Shown one piece after another: positions 38,801-41,907 of a stretch of DNA of 41,907 bases. This DNA comes from Promethearchaeota archaeon (GTDB lineage: Archaea; Asgardarchaeota; Lokiarchaeia; Sigyniarchaeales; SOKP01): the NCBI GenBank assembly GCA_011364975.1, contig RDOE01000022.1:1-41907 (forward strand), written 5' to 3'. The notes beneath the pieces are model-generated. The model searched no databases, had not been told where the DNA came from, and was given only the letters and a program-made list of their open reading frames with translations. The position numbers and the translations under genes were made by a program. Numbering within the stretch: position 1 is the first letter of the stretch; the number at the start of each line of letters is the position of its first letter.

Positions 38801-39672
38801 AATACACTTGTTTTTCCAAATATTTCTATTATGTGAGAAACTTTTACAGGTATATAATCACTAAATGCTTTCTGTTCTTGGGACTGATTAAAAAAACAAG
38901 TACGATACGCATTTATTAAACTAACCCTTCTTAGACAAACTAACTGAAAATGATAGAGGTTAGATTTCTTTGCTTGTTTTAACGCCTCACTATACAAGAA
39001 GAGTTTCTGAACCATCTCTTCCAATTTAATTCTGGTTAAACATCCTTCAATTTCATGAAATACTGCTAGATATAGACAAATCTCAAATGGCTTTGATTGA
39101 GAAGGGGAAAGATCAATACCTTTGGATTTTTTAACCACTTGATATGTGAAGGGAATTTCGGTATTAACCAGTGCTTTTATAAATTGATATAAATTACCAT
39201 GGACATTTTCAGCAAGTATAGTAATTTGAAAAATTCGCATTGCTGTAGTTCGTTTTTCTTTAGTATTGGTAATACACATAATAGAATCATCCGCAGAATG
39301 ATACCAAAAAATAATATCCTTAAAGAGAGGAAAGCTGCTCCTACGAAAGAGGTGTTTCATCCGGAAAAATTCACTATGAAATACAAATGAAATCATCAGC
39401 ATAACAAGCGTAGCAATTCCTAGTCCAAATGCTATATTTAGGGTTGCGAGCATCAAGGTTATAGCGATCGTCAAAAAGAGTGCAACTCCAGAAATCGCGC
39501 GAGGTAACGTCTCTTTAAGATTCACATCGCTATAATGAGGAAGAAATCGCTCCCAAATATGATCATATTCCTCTTCTTTGGACATTTCTTCGCTACTCTG
39601 CTTGTGTGAGGTCTCTTTATGTTTTTTAATTTTATTAAAATCTAGGACATAACCATTTTCTATATTTTTCAT
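35851..39672 (-). CDS. Membrane-anchored VirB4/HerA-FtsK-superfamily protein with degenerate ATPase motifs
   Basis: HSLLITNGTASSRD (Walker A position), AIIFDSTGNW, INPL, TIIIDLS, FLLLPNLD (Walker B position), FGLIGTTSQ, NYVALK; two N-terminal TM hairpins. Confidence 0.7.
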   Translation of the reverse strand: MKNIENGYVLDFNKIKKHKETSHKQSSEEMSKEEEYDHIWERFLPHYSDVNLKETLPRAISGVALFLTIAITLMLATLNIAFGLGIATLVMLMISFVFHSEFFRMKHLFRRSSFPLFKDIIFWYHSADDSIMCITNTKEKRTTAMRIFQITILAENVHGNLYQFIKALVNTEIPFTYQVVKKSKGIDLSPSQSKPFEICLYLAVFHEIEGCLTRIKLEEMVQKLFLYSEALKQAKKSNLYHFQLVCLRRVSLINAYRTCFFNQSQEQKAFSDYIPVKVSHIIEIFGKTSVLLGISIFISILLGLYQLSDLIRFLIGTGCFVGLCNIWNRSLFTFRFKDSIFHSEEIQIIDPFYDTIFFRFHRFPDTIFYQIENRLMGGVKMGNLEYVASPPYCKPDKFYEAITTSATTYCITYQLVPLDYHHFRKEGFEAMTEKEQIKFISRIQCATDAKNWFQLRYGMWNTLFTISTNYSIPSSSPDMEKALSIENILRQHMTILSVSYAQNYFNYNLTPLAKSRLESGVMFEVVKQKYLRKNGTHLNYVIFQGKTVIYLIMIADIFKKGMETRIGAEFNTPLHLENFISIGHTINTEILEEETVTGFTLKQLHSLLITNGTASSRDFTAMKIVFELIQKGYPAIIFDSTGNWSRLISLCQSTQYADRFLYFKLKKTLTINPLSSDLPYDKDNMRYLDYMFDAYALCYKKDDHAMDLFRNTIISKTSELHITKDIQTIGLDLDTRKNWERSPTTDTVLNFFKEFIPQDLNVIGSHVIDQSENMSPNAFLTNEKTIIIDLSGILNRNTQCFYSFLILAKFIHYLQSGENFIPKFLLLPNLDMVFEAYFLDKQRTYDKIDKFLVPLLERNFGLIGTTSQLHFLHQNVFNFFTNYVALKTTDKRDFALMGNLMGLEALHGKGMYSSSRNESFQMKYMSDMSLDEAVVKREDIYQPFPIKIAFQDLKAIPSMPWEKIIQYMNNQGYDIEDSERKLLQKTQPTILERDFGKYKALIEDIIKFLKMMKTADKVGHLYESKVKDELYNVIRPKLLTITKNRKRIKEIRDSIFNILIQQRYLIEAHPRRASGGESIRTSYAVGPYYQRALDDYFQTQKEGNAQVYIELPEVDVPIKETEIKCDSFNKKVNDEESLVTPITTLDNNRLMEVLIKHYSTILYYELFQMSNHIIHTDFTQAIQIAKNLFPKFMYNVCKSYYEVSYDISRNDLLTFLNELTLVDGFPMTYLELVSFLEMCDAITPNGKVLRIYSTELYEQYNRIFDKFQLFIEG

Positions 39673-39681
39673 ATTTAATTA

Positions 39682-40501
39682 TCAGCTCTTTGAATACCAT
39701 TTTTTATTTATAAACGCAAATACAAGGATCATTAGGATACATAATAACAATAGCCACCCAATTACTGTGGTGACAAAACCAAAGACTAACATTTCAATAA
39801 TGCACACAATTCCTAATAGAAGAAAAGTGAATATTACACCTAAAACTCCATAACGTCCCTTCTTTAGCGCTAATAAGGATTGCCTTTGAATTAGCTTGTA
39901 ATGATTTTTCTAAGGATTTTAGCTGTATAAGACGCAATAGGGTCTCTTGGTCTAGCCTATGCTGTAATTCTTTGATAAGTTGTTTTTGATCTTGGCGTAT
40001 TCGATGTAAAAGCAATGGTTTTATAGGATTGTTACCATAGGACTTAGAATAGTTAAACTTACCTAGAAAAGACATCAGAGAAACAGTTCTATTTTCCATA
40101 ATATCGCTATCTTTAAGATGTTCTTGTAGATTTGGAACTTGCATATTTCTGAGGTCAAAATAGAGTTGTGTAAGTTCTTTTAAATAAATCGCGGGAAACT
40201 CATCCTCTCTTTTTTTACGATCAAATAATGTTTCCACCACTTTGATAGTAGTAATTTGGGATGCGATGAAAATATTGAGTTGAAAGTTTAACTGAAAAAT
40301 TTTATTGATCAGTTCCATATATTCTGAGAGTTTTTCATTAGCTTCCTTTCTTCGAGGGATAAATCCTAACTTATATCCAATCTCGTCTATTACATTAGAT
40401 ACAAAAATATAAAGTGCGTTAGTAGCATTTCGAATTTGGTTTACTTCAAGACTAAGTTCGATAAACCGTTTTAATTTATTATCGGAGATTGATTGAGTCA
40501 T
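39682..40501 (-). pseudogene. Helical protein whose C-terminal TM hairpin lies in a shifted frame
   Basis: ORF 40501..39794 ends in a non-natural-looking tail. A second frame open from about 39909 encodes ...RYGVLGVIFTFLLLGIVCIIEMLVFGFVTTVIGWLLLLCILMILVFAFINKKWYSKS* ending at 39682. Confidence 0.6.
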
Positions 40502-41268
40502 GGGATTATATTCCTCCGGCTTTTAATTGCTAAGAATTGCTGATAAATTTCCTGGGCTTCTAACTCATCGGAAGTTGGTAACGCTTTAACTTTTCCTGTA
40601 TTCTTAGTTTTATGTTGTTGACGATGAATTAATTCTAGTTCAGCGATAAATTTATCCAAATCAAGCACATCAGAAGATAAATTAGTAATATTGTGAAATT
40701 GCGATTCAATTTCAAAGGTATAAGCGAATTTGTAATAAAATAAAGTAAAAGGAAAACAGCAAGCAAACGCGATCACTTGAAGATAATAGCCTATCCCCGC
40801 CATAAAATAAAAGACTAAATCTAACTCATAATCATATAGAAGTAAAAAGGGAAATAGCAACTGATTCGGAAACAAATACATTATAGGAAAAATAACCATA
40901 AAAAAAATTATCATGAATATCAAACCTAAATTGATAACAGCAAATCCTTTTGCATACTTTAGTTTGGAAGGTTTCTCAGAACTATGAAATACTGCTCCAA
41001 AGGACGAAAGGGTTAACATTAGGATAAAAAAAATCATAAGCGGTATCGGGATTGTAGCATTTATCGGTTTATACCAGGTATTTAGTTCAGTATCTAAACG
41101 AGATGGAGAATACCAGTCATAAAATAGATTATAGCTCCAATCCACTAATACCGCATTAGAACTATCAATACCTTGAAATACATACCAATCCATAAATAAC
41201 GATATAAAAGCGAGGGCTATCCCCATTAAGAAACACACTCGAATAGAACCTGGTTGGTGACTTGTCAT
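40498..41268 (-). CDS. 4-TM membrane protein with cytoplasmic tail
   Basis: SLFMDWY...; four hydrophobic helices, GIGYYL and LDLDKFIAE; ATGA overlap with the next gene. Confidence 0.75.
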   Translation of the reverse strand: MTSHQPGSIRVCFLMGIALAFISLFMDWYVFQGIDSSNAVLVDWSYNLFYDWYSPSRLDTELNTWYKPINATIPIPLMIFFILMLTLSSFGAVFHSSEKPSKLKYAKGFAVINLGLIFMIIFFMVIFPIMYLFPNQLLFPFLLLYDYELDLVFYFMAGIGYYLQVIAFACCFPFTLFYYKFAYTFEIESQFHNITNLSSDVLDLDKFIAELELIHRQQHKTKNTGKVKALPTSDELEAQEIYQQFLAIKSRRNIIP

Positions 41269-41363
41269 GATGATTCTTATTATTCCTACATAACCTTATT
41301 GATCTTTTTCATTGATCCCACCTATTTAAAGAAAAAATTCTAAAAATGTAAAAAAGCTAGAAA

Positions 41364-41906
41364 TTAGTCTTCGAGAAAGGAGCTATATTTATTCAATAAA
41401 TCGCAATCATTAGAATTGTGTTTTTCCTGTTGACTAAGATCAGCTATCTCCTTTTGGAATTCTCCACGCGAATGATCTGTAGAATAACATTCAAAGTTCT
41501 CCAATATAATATAGCTTGCGGACTTCCCTAGACACTCATACCCAAATTGGACCAATATTTCATGAGAATATTCTTCTTTTAATACTAACAAATCCGCTTC
41601 ATCTAAGTGAATTTCTTTTTGATAATATGGTGTATTAAACTGAACAGCTAAGTTTTTTTTCACCAGATAAAAGCGATAATAGATATATACCATAGTAAGA
41701 GTATAAATCCCTATGACAGCATAACCGATGTTCAAGAAAATTCGCAATAAATAAAACCAATTAGTAATAAACATAATAAAAAGTAACAAGGTATACCCTA
41801 ATGTTAAAAAAGAGGTTAATCGTAGCTTACGATTAAAGGAGCCGGATGCATCTTGATACTGTTGAATGGCAGTTTTTTCATGAACATGAGTCTCAAGTAT
41901 TTCATA
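41364..41906 (-). CDS. Membrane protein, 5'-truncated by the window edge
   Basis: The frame stays open to the window end (YEILETHVHEK...); TM hairpin. Confidence 0.65.
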   Translation of the reverse strand, partial: YEILETHVHEKTAIQQYQDASGSFNRKLRLTSFLTLGYTLLLFIMFITNWFYLLRIFLNIGYAVIGIYTLTMVYIYYRFYLVKKNLAVQFNTPYYQKEIHLDEADLLVLKEEYSHEILVQFGYECLGKSASYIILENFECYSTDHSRGEFQKEIADLSQQEKHNSNDCDLLNKYSSFLED

Positions 41907-41907
41907 T

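Noticed and set aside
254-39390. Short ORFs antisense or out-of-frame to longer genes (e.g. 254..439, 4184..4366, 5694..5900, 6374..6610, 7676..7912, 11045..11227, 13314..13613, 14197..14403, 18824..19039, 21310..21609, 24056..24328, 24126..24326, 24771..24956, 27542..27724, 30284..30496, 32671..32868, 32687..32902, 33269..33478, 34047..34286, 36437..36715, 36820..37017, 37841..38026, 39199..39390)
   Set aside because: They are shadow ORFs overlapping well-supported genes and have no recognisable motifs.
31390-41907. Integrated mobile element covering the right end (DNA looks slightly GC-richer by eye)
   Set aside because: No integrase, att repeat or tRNA boundary is visible, and the GC shift was not computed; a sliding-window GC/k-mer analysis is needed.
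1-41907. Selenocysteine/pyrrolysine read-through, tRNA or rRNA genes
   Set aside because: No in-frame TGA/TAG interrupting a recognisable domain and no GC-rich cloverleaf or rRNA-like segment was seen.

Overview
A very AT-rich, gene-dense archaeal window. The longin-domain protein, the Loki-CTERM-like surface-protein tails, the BRE/TATA promoters and the small wHTH/RHH regulators together suggest an Asgard archaeon (Lokiarchaeia-like); this is an inference. No rRNA, tRNA, CRISPR array, transposase or integrase was seen. Layout: (i) 1-9 kb is a regulator-rich island with twin TrmB-like mini-wHTH genes sharing a conserved promoter architecture, a wHTH, a cyclin/TFIIB-fold protein divergent from an RHH regulator, and a family of DIYxG micro-proteins, one of them missed by the ORF track. 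(ii) 9-31 kb holds metabolic and accessory genes (CPBP protease, ModBC-like ABC transporter, PhzF, gpmA, acyl-CoA dehydrogenase-wHTH fusion, SagB-like, DUF1028, longin, CoiA, NosD, YdjC). It also carries a split membrane/left-handed-beta-helix pair resembling the terminal polymerase module of epsilon-poly-lysine synthetase, and two similar sRNA-like intergenic elements. (iii) 31-35 kb is a GNAT-GNAT/ThiF cassette including a YghO/bacterial-ceramide-synthase-like acyltransferase. (iv) 35-42 kb is a minus-strand operon of membrane proteins, a 1273-aa membrane-anchored VirB4/HerA-like protein with degenerate Walker motifs, and a coiled-coil HEPN-like protein. All calls come from reading motifs by eye; no database searches were run.
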